Position numbers and translations under genes: made by a program. Positions 54,789-62,045 of a stretch of 62,045 nt of DNA are shown here, in pieces. Position 1 is the first letter of the stretch. Each line of letters begins with the position of its first letter. Under the pieces are notes generated by a model, which ran no database searches, was not told the origin of the DNA, and saw nothing but the letters and a program-made list of their open reading frames with translations. This DNA comes from Bacteroidales bacterium (lineage in GTDB: Bacteria > Bacteroidota > Bacteroidia > Bacteroidales > VadinHA17): positions 1 through 62,045 of the forward strand of contig JAAZBN010000115.1 in the NCBI GenBank assembly GCA_012513795.1, read 5' to 3'.

Positions 54789-55979
54789 ATGAAAAGAGAA
54801 GATATTCCGGGAGTTGCAGAGCGCTACGGGAAGGCCTTGCTCAATGATGTCATTTCTTTCTGGATGAAATATTCGCCCGACCGCGAACGGGGTGGCTTTT
54901 TCACATGCCTTGACCGCCAGGGGGATGTTTATGACACTGACAAGTTTGTCTGGCTCCAGGGAAGAGAGGTATGGATGCTCAGTCACCTCTACAATAACGT
55001 TGAGAAACGTCGGGAATGGCTTGTTACGGCATTGTCCGGGGCTGTCTTCCTGGAGAAATACGGAAGTGACTGTGATGGCAACTTTTATTTTTCGCTGACC
55101 AGAGAAGGTAAACCCCTTGTCCAACCCTATAATATTTTTTCTGACTGTTTCGCCGCAATGGCATTCGGTGAGCTTTACAGGGCTACAGGTAACAGCAGGT
55201 ACGGAGAGATCGCAGTGAATACATTCCGGAACATTCTCAGACGTTCAGAGAACCCTAAAGGCAACTGGTCAAAAGTCTATCCGGGCACACGACCCCTGAA
55301 GGGCTTCTCCCTTCCGATGATTCTCAGTAATCTCTCCGGGATCATAGCTCCCCTTCTTGACGCCGGAACCGTTGAAAAGGTAAGGGAGCAGTGTATTCAT
55401 GAGGTAATGGATGTATTCTACAGCAAAGAGCATGGCCTGATTCTGGAGAACGTGACTCCGGACGGTTCATTTTCTGACTCTTTTGAAGGCCGGCTGCTGA
55501 ATCCCGGACATGCCATAGAAGCCATGTGGTTCATGATGGATCTCGCTGAGATCAGGCAAGATCAGAACCTTGCAGCCAGAGCCACCGAAATCACCCTGGA
55601 GACACTCAGTAGAGGATGGGATGAGAAGTACGGTGGCATATTTTATTTCCTTGATGTAAAAGGCCATCCTCCGCAGCAACTGGAGTGGGATCAGAAGCTC
55701 TGGTGGGTGCATATTGAGACACTTATTTCGCTTGCAAAGGGATACAGGCTCACCGGTGAACATAGGTGCCTTGACTGGTTCGAAAAGGTTGATGCATATA
55801 CCTGGAGTCACTTCCCTGATCCTGAATATGGGGAGTGGTATGGTTACCTGAACCGAAGGGGAGAGGTGCTCCTGCCGCTGAAGGGCGGAAAGTGGAAGGG
55901 GTGTTTCCATGTGCCGAGAGGGCTGCTGCAGGTATGGAAAACATTAAGGGATATTGAACCGGTAAATAATACATTTTAA
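54789..55979 (+). CDS. nanE: N-acylglucosamine 2-epimerase (AGE/RenBP family; the Bacteroides-type NanE)
   Basis: Track ORF trimmed to MKREDIPGVAERYG. Motifs are WLQGREVWM, NPGHAIEAMWF, KLWWVHIE and KGCFHVPR. Confidence 0.85.
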   Translation: MKREDIPGVAERYGKALLNDVISFWMKYSPDRERGGFFTCLDRQGDVYDTDKFVWLQGREVWMLSHLYNNVEKRREWLVTALSGAVFLEKYGSDCDGNFYFSLTREGKPLVQPYNIFSDCFAAMAFGELYRATGNSRYGEIAVNTFRNILRRSENPKGNWSKVYPGTRPLKGFSLPMILSNLSGIIAPLLDAGTVEKVREQCIHEVMDVFYSKEHGLILENVTPDGSFSDSFEGRLLNPGHAIEAMWFMMDLAEIRQDQNLAARATEITLETLSRGWDEKYGGIFYFLDVKGHPPQQLEWDQKLWWVHIETLISLAKGYRLTGEHRCLDWFEKVDAYTWSHFPDPEYGEWYGYLNRRGEVLLPLKGGKWKGCFHVPRGLLQVWKTLRDIEPVNNTF

Positions 55980-57232
55980 TGAAAGAGACCGTAGCTGATA
56001 GAAGGTATGCCTGGGTAGTAGTGGCGCTGCTCTGGGTGGTGGCATTGCTCAACTACATGGACCGCCAGATGCTCTCCACCATGAAGAGTGCAATGATGGT
56101 TGACATTGTAGAGCTTGAAAAGGCTGAAAACTTTGGAAGGCTGATGGCTGTCTTCCTCTGGATATACGGGCTGATGAGCCCTGTTGCGGGAATCATTGGC
56201 GACAGGCTCAACAGGAAATGGCTGATTGTCGGCAGTCTCTTCGTCTGGTCAGGTGTCACCCTCGCCATGGGCTATACACATGACTATAACCTACTTTATG
56301 CCCTGCGGGCGATCATGGGTGTCAGCGAGGCGCTTTATATACCTGCCGGGCTTTCCCTGATTGCTGATTATCACCAGGGATCAACACGGTCGCTGGCGGT
56401 CGGAATTCATATGACCGGTCTCTATATGGGGCAGGCATTGGGTGGCTTCGGAGCCACCGTGGCGGAAAGCCTCTCGTGGCAGAAGACATTTCACTATTTT
56501 GGCCTTGCAGGCATCATCTACAGTGCTGTCCTCATCCTGATGCTTCGAGAGTATAAATACCGCGAGAAGCCTGCAAAGGCACCTACAGGCACATCGGGAT
56601 TCAGGTCGGTGGCATCGGGATTATCGTTACTGCTGGGTATGGTAAGTTTCTGGATGATACTGTTTTATTTTGCCATACCCAGTGTGCCGGGCTGGGCAGT
56701 GAAAAACTGGATTCCGACACTTTTCTCTTCAAGCCTCGGCATTGAGATGCCAGTGGCGGGTCCACTCTCAACAATTACCATTGCAGCCTCATCACTCATC
56801 GGGGTGATCTTTGGAGGGATACTCTCCGACAGGTGGGTGATGAAGAATCTTCGCGGGCGCATCTATACCGGCGCCATAGGCCTCTCACTCACCATTCCTT
56901 CGCTTCTGCTGATCGGGTTCGGGCACAGCTACCTCGGGATAATCGGAGGGGCAGTACTTTTCGGGATAGGCTATGGCATGTTTGATGCCAACAACATGCC
57001 CATCCTGTGCCAGTTTGTTGTTCCCAGGCTAAGGGCTACGGGCTACGGTCTGATGAATATGACCGGTGTATTTGCCGGGGCTTTCATAACACGTCTGCTG
57101 GGCCGGTCAATGGACTCCGGCAACCTTGCGCGTGACATGGCCCTGCTGGCGATTCCCGTGTTGCTGGCAGTCATACTGCAACTGGCCATTCTCAGGCCCG
57201 ATACCGCAAACAAGGCGGACAAGCAGGCGTGA
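55979..57232 (+). CDS. nanT: MFS transporter (sialate transporter by context)
   Basis: 12-TM MFS with LNYMDRQ and GDRLNRK motifs. Last gene of the lyase-mutarotase-epimerase-transporter run. Confidence 0.7.
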   Translation: MKETVADRRYAWVVVALLWVVALLNYMDRQMLSTMKSAMMVDIVELEKAENFGRLMAVFLWIYGLMSPVAGIIGDRLNRKWLIVGSLFVWSGVTLAMGYTHDYNLLYALRAIMGVSEALYIPAGLSLIADYHQGSTRSLAVGIHMTGLYMGQALGGFGATVAESLSWQKTFHYFGLAGIIYSAVLILMLREYKYREKPAKAPTGTSGFRSVASGLSLLLGMVSFWMILFYFAIPSVPGWAVKNWIPTLFSSSLGIEMPVAGPLSTITIAASSLIGVIFGGILSDRWVMKNLRGRIYTGAIGLSLTIPSLLLIGFGHSYLGIIGGAVLFGIGYGMFDANNMPILCQFVVPRLRATGYGLMNMTGVFAGAFITRLLGRSMDSGNLARDMALLAIPVLLAVILQLAILRPDTANKADKQA

Positions 57233-57305
57233 TGAAATAACATTGACTTGCCTGACAGGAATCTTCCTGCTTGTAATAGGCAGTTATAAAGCACATTACA
57301 TATTG

Positions 57306-57371
57306 GACTAAAAAAATAGTCAAAAAAGTTGCAAGAATAGTTGCATGACTAAGAAATTAGTCATATATTTG
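57306..57371 (+). promoter_or_regulatory. Two GACTA-N6-TAGTC operators plus a -7 box upstream of the BlaI-family repressor gene
   Basis: GACTAaaaaaaTAGTC at 57306-57321. ATGACTAagaaatTAGTCAT at 57345-57364, a 20-nt near-palindrome with 8-bp perfect arms. The second site abuts TATATTTG (57364-71), and the ATG lies 24 nt downstream. Confidence 0.55.
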
Positions 57372-57395
57372 CATTGAAGGATTGACAGAAGAGTT

Positions 57396-57782
57396 ATGAA
57401 GACAATGCAACTGACAAGGGCTGAGGAGCAGGTAATGCAGATCCTGTGGGATTTGGGGGAAGGACTGGTCAAGGAGATCCGCGACCGGTTTGATGAACCC
57501 AGGCCGGCAAGGAATACTGTTTCTACCGTTGTACGGATACTGGAGAAGAAGGGATTTGTGGATCACAAATCGTACGGAAACGTCTATTTGTATTTTCCGG
57601 TTGTTTCCCGTGAGGAGTATTCGCGGCACCAGCTTTTCGGGCTTCTTGAAGGTTACTTTGACAACTCGTTCCCGGCCATGGCATCATTCTTTGCACGTGA
57701 GAAGGATCTTACCCTGGCGGAGATGGAGGAGCTGATCAGTGAGACGAGAAAGGAATTGAAGGACAGTAAAAAGCAAAAGTGA
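57396..57782 (+). CDS. BlaI/MecI/CopY family transcriptional repressor
   Basis: MQLTRAEEQVMQILW and RNTVSTVVRILEKKGFV (winged helix). 128 aa. Overlaps the downstream sensor gene by 4 nt. Confidence 0.85.
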   Translation: MKTMQLTRAEEQVMQILWDLGEGLVKEIRDRFDEPRPARNTVSTVVRILEKKGFVDHKSYGNVYLYFPVVSREEYSRHQLFGLLEGYFDNSFPAMASFFAREKDLTLAEMEELISETRKELKDSKKQK

Positions 57783-59365
57783 TGGAAACAGCGGGCTTTT
57801 ACCTTCTCAGGTCGGCAGTCTGGATAACCGGGTTTGCCCTGGTTTATCTGCTTTTTTTAAGGAACGAGCGGTTTTTTGTTCTTAACAGGATCTACCTTCT
57901 TACAGGCATCCTGGCTTCGGTCATTCTTCCGCTGGTAACCGTGCGGTATGTGGTTGAGGTATCTGCTGTTGAGGCGGGTGCTGAAGCCGGTCCTGTAACG
58001 GCAGTCCTGCACGGGAGCGGCACCTGGCAGAATATCATGGCAGTAGCTTTGTTTACTGTGTGGCTGACAGGTGCTTTGGCCGTGCTGCTGCGGTATGCAG
58101 TCCAGGTTATGCCAGTACTGAGGGCAGCCCGCGAGGCTGACCGGCAATCAGGTTATCCTGTAAAAGTCATCCGGTCTGATTATTATCCCGGTTCATTTTC
58201 ATTGTTCTCCCTTGTGGTTGTCAATCCTTCAGTTACAGAGACCGAAGCGAGGGAGATAATGAATCATGAAATGGTGCATATCAGGCAGATGCACTGGTTT
58301 GACCTGGTGCTCTCATCTCTTTTATGTGCAGTTCAGTGGTTCAACCCGGCAGCCTGGATATATGCCAGGCTGGTGAGGCAGAACCATGAGTATCTGGCTG
58401 ACGAGGAGGCGCTGCAGCGTACCTCCGACCCGGCTGTGTACAGGGCTGTGCTTCTGAACCAGATCGCCGGCTCACCGGTAATAGACCTGGGCAACTTTTT
58501 CAGTTATTCACTAAACAAAAAACGATTTCTGATGATGAAAAATAAGATAAGTTCGCCTTACAGGAAGCTCAGGGTGCTTCTCATCCTGCCTGTCGCCGCG
58601 CTGGTTCTTTTCGCTTTCGCGAAGCCGGAATACAGGCTTGCCACCGGGCCGGATGAACCTGTTTCGGCTGCCATAGCTGCCGGCAATGCTGTCAAAAGTG
58701 TCAGCGGTACCGTCAAGGACGAAGCCGGAAAACCCCTAGAAGGGGCGGTGATAGTGATAAAGGGAACAACGAAAGGCACAACCAGTGACGCTTCGGGACG
58801 CTTCGCCCTGAAGGATGTGCCTGATGATGCTGTTCTCGTAGTCTCCTTTGTTGGTTATGAAACAAATGCTATATCAGTTAAGGCTGCAGGCACCAGCCTG
58901 TCAGTGACGATGAGAAAGAGTACGGTGGTAACTGACACGGTCAATGTCGGGCCGGTTCCGCCGCCGCCACCACCTCCACCTCCTCTACCTCCTGTCACTA
59001 CAAAGGGGAAAGCCGAAGCAGTGCCGGAGGCCGGCCAGGGTGAAAGGGATGTGTTTGTTGTGGTTGAGGAGATGCCGCAGTTTCCGGGAGGAGGGATGGA
59101 TGCCATGATTCAGTGGATCGCCCAACATATGAAGTATCCGGAGCAGGCCAAGAAGGATGGAATACAGGGCACCGTATTTGTCGGATACATAGTGAACAAG
59201 GCAGGCAAGGTGGAGAGTGTTGAGGTGGAGAGTTCCGCACACCCGCTGCTTGATGCCGAAGCCGTCAGAGTTGTGGCTGCAATGCCCGACTGGACCCCGG
59301 GAACACAGAGAGGAAAGGCTGTGGATGTAAGGCTCGTAGTGCCGATTAAGTTCAGCCTCAAATAG
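57779..59365 (+). CDS. BlaR1-type M56 peptidase fused to a CarboxypepD_reg-like domain, poly-Pro linker and TonB C-terminal domain
   Basis: N-terminal TM helices and HEMVHIRQMHW (HExxH). Then VSGTVKDEAGKPLEGAVIVIKGTTKGTTSDASGRFAL and PPPPPPPPPLPP. TonB_C-like PQFPGGGMDAMIQWIAQHMKYPEQAKKDGIQGTVFVGYIV. Confidence 0.8.
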   Translation: MMETAGFYLLRSAVWITGFALVYLLFLRNERFFVLNRIYLLTGILASVILPLVTVRYVVEVSAVEAGAEAGPVTAVLHGSGTWQNIMAVALFTVWLTGALAVLLRYAVQVMPVLRAAREADRQSGYPVKVIRSDYYPGSFSLFSLVVVNPSVTETEAREIMNHEMVHIRQMHWFDLVLSSLLCAVQWFNPAAWIYARLVRQNHEYLADEEALQRTSDPAVYRAVLLNQIAGSPVIDLGNFFSYSLNKKRFLMMKNKISSPYRKLRVLLILPVAALVLFAFAKPEYRLATGPDEPVSAAIAAGNAVKSVSGTVKDEAGKPLEGAVIVIKGTTKGTTSDASGRFALKDVPDDAVLVVSFVGYETNAISVKAAGTSLSVTMRKSTVVTDTVNVGPVPPPPPPPPPLPPVTTKGKAEAVPEAGQGERDVFVVVEEMPQFPGGGMDAMIQWIAQHMKYPEQAKKDGIQGTVFVGYIVNKAGKVESVEVESSAHPLLDAEAVRVVAAMPDWTPGTQRGKAVDVRLVVPIKFSLK

Positions 59366-59417
59366 GGGAATAAGGGGAAAATTTTAGAAACAGAATGGCT
59401 TGTTTGCGGTTTTCTGA

Positions 59418-59448
59418 ATGAGGGCCGGCGTCTGGCGCCGGCCCTCAT
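59418..59448. terminator. GC-rich hairpin between convergent genes (bidirectional terminator candidate)
   Basis: ATGAGGGCCGGCG - tctgg - CGCCGGCCCTCAT forms a 13-bp perfect stem. There is no strong U-tract on either side. Confidence 0.5.
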
Positions 59449-59463
59449 GTTCTTGTACAGTCT

Positions 59464-60318
59464 TTATTCTGCAAGTCGGTGTACAACGGTCTGCGGGAAC
59501 GGGATCTCGATCCCTTCCTTCTCGAAGGCCTCCTTGAGCCGCCTGCGGAGTTCCCCTGCCACTTCCCACTGCCTCAACGGCTTGGTGTCGCCAAGTATCT
59601 TAACCACAATGGCGGAGTCGGCAAACTCGTTTATCCTTACAAACTGTGGGGCAGAGATGATCGCTTCGCTGAAAGCGGGATCCGCGGCCAGCTCCCGTCC
59701 CGTCCTGTTGATTACATCAGCCAGATGACCGATGTTGGTACCGTAACCGACTCCAATATCCATGTTAACCCTGGCGAAGTCCTTCGACTGGTTTGATACT
59801 TTTGTGATTGATCCGTGCGGGATGTGGTGCACCGTACCGTCCAGGTCCCTGAGTGTTGTTTTCCTAAGGCTTATGTCTTGCACCGCTCCGCTGATTCCTT
59901 CAATGGTTACCACATCTCCTATACGATACTGATTCTCAAGCATGAGAAAGAGCCCGGTGATAATGTCCCGTATCAGATACTGTCCGCCGAAGCCCACGGC
60001 CAGACCTACGATTCCTGCGCCGGCAATCAGCGGGCCGATTTCCACTCCAACCTCCTGGAGCACCATCATTATGGCAACAATAATTACAGTCAGATTGAGA
60101 GCGCCGCTGAAGATCCTGATAAGCGTATCCTCTCTCTTTTTTTCTGCTTCCGCTGAAGTGTTCTCATCCGCCTTAACAGAAGCCTTAATTGCCCTCACAA
60201 GTAACCTCTGAAGGATCCTGTCAAGAAGGAATGCCACAATAATTATCAGCAGTATCCTTATACCATGTGACATCAGCCAGGGCACTATCTGGTCAGTCCA
60301 TTTTCCAAGAGTTTCCAT
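59464..60318 (-). CDS. Mechanosensitive ion channel (MscS family)
   Basis: Three TM helices, then the MscS beta-domain signature LENQYRIGDVVTIEGISGAVQDISLRKTTLRDLDGTVHHIPHG. Confidence 0.85.
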   Translation of the reverse strand: METLGKWTDQIVPWLMSHGIRILLIIIVAFLLDRILQRLLVRAIKASVKADENTSAEAEKKREDTLIRIFSGALNLTVIIVAIMMVLQEVGVEIGPLIAGAGIVGLAVGFGGQYLIRDIITGLFLMLENQYRIGDVVTIEGISGAVQDISLRKTTLRDLDGTVHHIPHGSITKVSNQSKDFARVNMDIGVGYGTNIGHLADVINRTGRELAADPAFSEAIISAPQFVRINEFADSAIVVKILGDTKPLRQWEVAGELRRRLKEAFEKEGIEIPFPQTVVHRLAE

Positions 60319-60496
60319 AATGTTTCTTTTTGAGTTTATTATTTCTTCGTAATTATCGGATCTGCTGCAATATAATAATTTGAAAATTCAGAGTTCCCCG
60401 GCAGGGGGAAAAATATATGTTATGCTTTACGGCATAACCGGGGAACTTAATGTTTGTTTTTGAACACAACAGGCTGGCATAAACTGATTATTAGTG

Positions 60497-60504
60497 TAAT
60501 TTTG
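60497..60504 (+). promoter_or_regulatory. -7 promoter box for the AONS-like gene
   Basis: TAATTTTG matches TAnnTTTG, 36 nt upstream of the ATG at 60541. This argues against the upstream TTG (60454) and ATG (60505) starts. Confidence 0.4.
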
Positions 60505-60540
60505 ATGATCACTACAATTATCCTGAACAGCAGTAAAGAT

Positions 60541-61668
60541 ATGATTCTTCTGAGCGGCGAAGTTGGCAACTACATCTACAGTAACGGCAGAAAGTATTCC
60601 TATTTCGCGGGCAACAACTACCTGGGCCTGGCAGCCCACCCACAGGTCAAGGAGGCCGTTATCCGGGCGGTGGAGAAATATGGCGTTAACTTCGCAGCCT
60701 CGAGGCATACCACGGGCACATCCGACCTGCACCTTGAACTTGAGGGTGCGCTGGCTTCATTCAAGGGTGAGGAGGATGCGGTTGTTTTCGCCTCGGGATA
60801 CCAGGGCAACAGTATCCTCCTTGAGATATTGAAAGGCAGTTATTCAACCATCTTCATTGACCAGTCGGCGCATGCCAGCATAATTTCTGCCATTCCTGCT
60901 GATGTGGTCAAGATGATGTATTATGATCATTGTGATGCGGTTCATCTCGATTATCTTCTTGAGTATAACCGGGGATCAAAACCGCTTGTAATCACTGACG
61001 GTATCTTCGCCCTGACAGGTGAGATTGCTCCGCTCAACCAGATCTATGATATTGTCAGGAAGCACAATGCCCTGCTTGTTGTTGACGATGCACACGCAAC
61101 CGGTGTGCTGGGAGCATCCGGCAGGGGCACACCCGAACATTTCAATCTGCCTGATGATACCAATATTTACCAGACAGAGACCATGAGCAAGGCACTGGGG
61201 GGCTATGGAGGTTTTATATCCGGAAGCAGGGCATTGACTGAGATGATAAGGGAGGGATCACCCACATACCAGGCATCAACTGCCCTGCCTCCCCCGATAG
61301 CCGCAGCAGGGATCGCCTCACTGGCCATCCTCAGGGCGAATCCCGGTCTGAGAACCGAACTGATTGAAAGGGCATGGCAGATCCGGGAGGCGGTCACTGA
61401 GATGGATTACCAGACCACGCACTTCAGAACGCCGGTAATACCGATCATACTCGATTCATCTGAAAAAGCCGCTGGTCTGTCGCTCTTCCTTGAGGAGAAC
61501 GGCGTGATTGCACCTTATATGAAATATCCCGCCAGGAAGGCGATGCATCAGATAAGAATTGCTGTATCTGTCACTCACACAGATGATCAGGTCAGCCAGT
61601 TACTTGAATTATTAAAAAAATGGAAAGATAAGAATGAAAGCAACCAAGATCAGAAAGGTAGTCATTGA
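60541..61668 (+). CDS. alpha-Oxoamine synthase family PLP enzyme (8-amino-7-oxononanoate synthase / KBL-like)
   Basis: Track ORF trimmed to MILLSGEV. Motifs are NNYLGL, DDAHATGVLG, and the PLP lysine in TMSKALGGYGGF. Confidence 0.8.
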   Translation: MILLSGEVGNYIYSNGRKYSYFAGNNYLGLAAHPQVKEAVIRAVEKYGVNFAASRHTTGTSDLHLELEGALASFKGEEDAVVFASGYQGNSILLEILKGSYSTIFIDQSAHASIISAIPADVVKMMYYDHCDAVHLDYLLEYNRGSKPLVITDGIFALTGEIAPLNQIYDIVRKHNALLVVDDAHATGVLGASGRGTPEHFNLPDDTNIYQTETMSKALGGYGGFISGSRALTEMIREGSPTYQASTALPPPIAAAGIASLAILRANPGLRTELIERAWQIREAVTEMDYQTTHFRTPVIPIILDSSEKAAGLSLFLEENGVIAPYMKYPARKAMHQIRIAVSVTHTDDQVSQLLELLKKWKDKNESNQDQKGSH

Positions 61669-62045
61669 GCCGCTTAATCTTGACCTCGAGGAGCCGTTCA
61701 GGATAGCCATTGGCACGAAGTACAGCATTGAGAACGCCCTTGTGACCGTTATTCTTGAGGACGGAACAGAGGGTTATGGTGAAGCTGCTCCCCTGGAGCC
61801 CATCAACGGCGAGAACCAGGCTACGGCACTGGCAACGCTGAAGAGTTGTGTTGATTTTATCAAGGGAAAGGATGTGACTGACTACCGGGCCATATCAGCC
61901 ACTTTGAAGGGCGTCTTTCATGCCCAGGTTACGGCACGTTGTGCCATTGAGATGGCCCTGATAGACGCATACGCGAAGGTTCTTGGCATACCGCTGTACG
62001 AGTTCTTCGGCGGCGCCGGGAACAGGGCCGAGACAGACTATACAA
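61634..62045 (+). CDS. Dipeptide epimerase / enolase-superfamily (MR/MLE) protein, N-terminal part (runs off window)
   Basis: ATG at 61634. MKATKIRKVVIEPLNLDLEEPFRIAIGT..GTEGYGEAAP..ARCAIEMALIDAYAK is typical of the L-Ala-D/L-Glu epimerase capping domain. Overlaps the preceding gene by 35 nt. Confidence 0.75.
   Translation, partial: MKATKIRKVVIEPLNLDLEEPFRIAIGTKYSIENALVTVILEDGTEGYGEAAPLEPINGENQATALATLKSCVDFIKGKDVTDYRAISATLKGVFHAQVTARCAIEMALIDAYAKVLGIPLYEFFGGAGNRAETDYT

Noticed and set aside
58951-58990. A CCN-rich DNA repeat that looks like a simple-sequence repeat.
   Set aside because: It is in frame and encodes the PPPPPPPPPLPP rigid linker expected in front of a TonB C-terminal domain. 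It is not an independent element.
1-62045. Mobile elements, prophage remnants, defence systems, toxin-antitoxin pairs, tRNA/rRNA genes and genomic-island boundaries.
   Set aside because: I saw no integrase, transposase, recombinase, restriction, Cas, abortive-infection or toxin-like motif in any reading frame. I also saw no tRNA-like sequence in the spacers and no obvious compositional break by eye. The PIN domain at 34357..35694 belongs to the housekeeping PhoH/YlaK fusion, not a VapC toxin.

Overview
This is a chromosomal segment from a Bacteroidota bacterium. The phylum call rests on type IX secretion and gliding genes (porV, porU, a porP/sprF-like gene, a gldJ-like gene), a Bacteroides-type sialic-acid pathway, and repeated TAnnTTTG -7 promoter boxes 13-36 nt upstream of start codons. 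I call about 54 protein-coding genes. I found no rRNA, tRNA, CRISPR array, transposase, integrase or recognisable defence system. Housekeeping genes are recR, alaS, ispF, murF, mtaB, folC and hutU, plus a Nif3 and zinc-ribbon gene pair, a PhoH/PIN ATPase and an acyl-CoA ligase. Accessory blocks: (1) three tandem TPR + PD40 propeller paralogues at the left edge; (2) the T9SS module porV-porU, divergent from porP-gldJ; (3) an eight-gene operon at 39328-48069 joined by ATGA overlaps, which looks like a carotenoid glycoside fatty-acid-ester pathway and also carries a secreted UshA-like phosphoesterase and an unassigned secreted helical protein; (4) a sialic-acid locus with a GntR regulator, GH33 sialidase, GH20 hexosaminidase, lyase, mutarotase, epimerase and MFS transporter; (5) a BlaI / BlaR1-TonB pair with two matching operators. 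I do not see a clear-cut novel system. The best candidates for something undescribed are: (a) two homologous intergenic elements (20671-20838 and 37107-37222) that fill the gaps between convergent genes and carry different expansions of 7-8 nt tandem repeats; (b) the two unexpected members of the carotenoid-type operon; (c) a promoter, structured RNA and U-tract arrangement just upstream of the sialidase gene; (d) a stand-alone archaeal-type GMP synthase subunit-B-like gene. All functional calls come from motif recognition by eye, with no database search. Several track ORFs were shortened to internal start codons.
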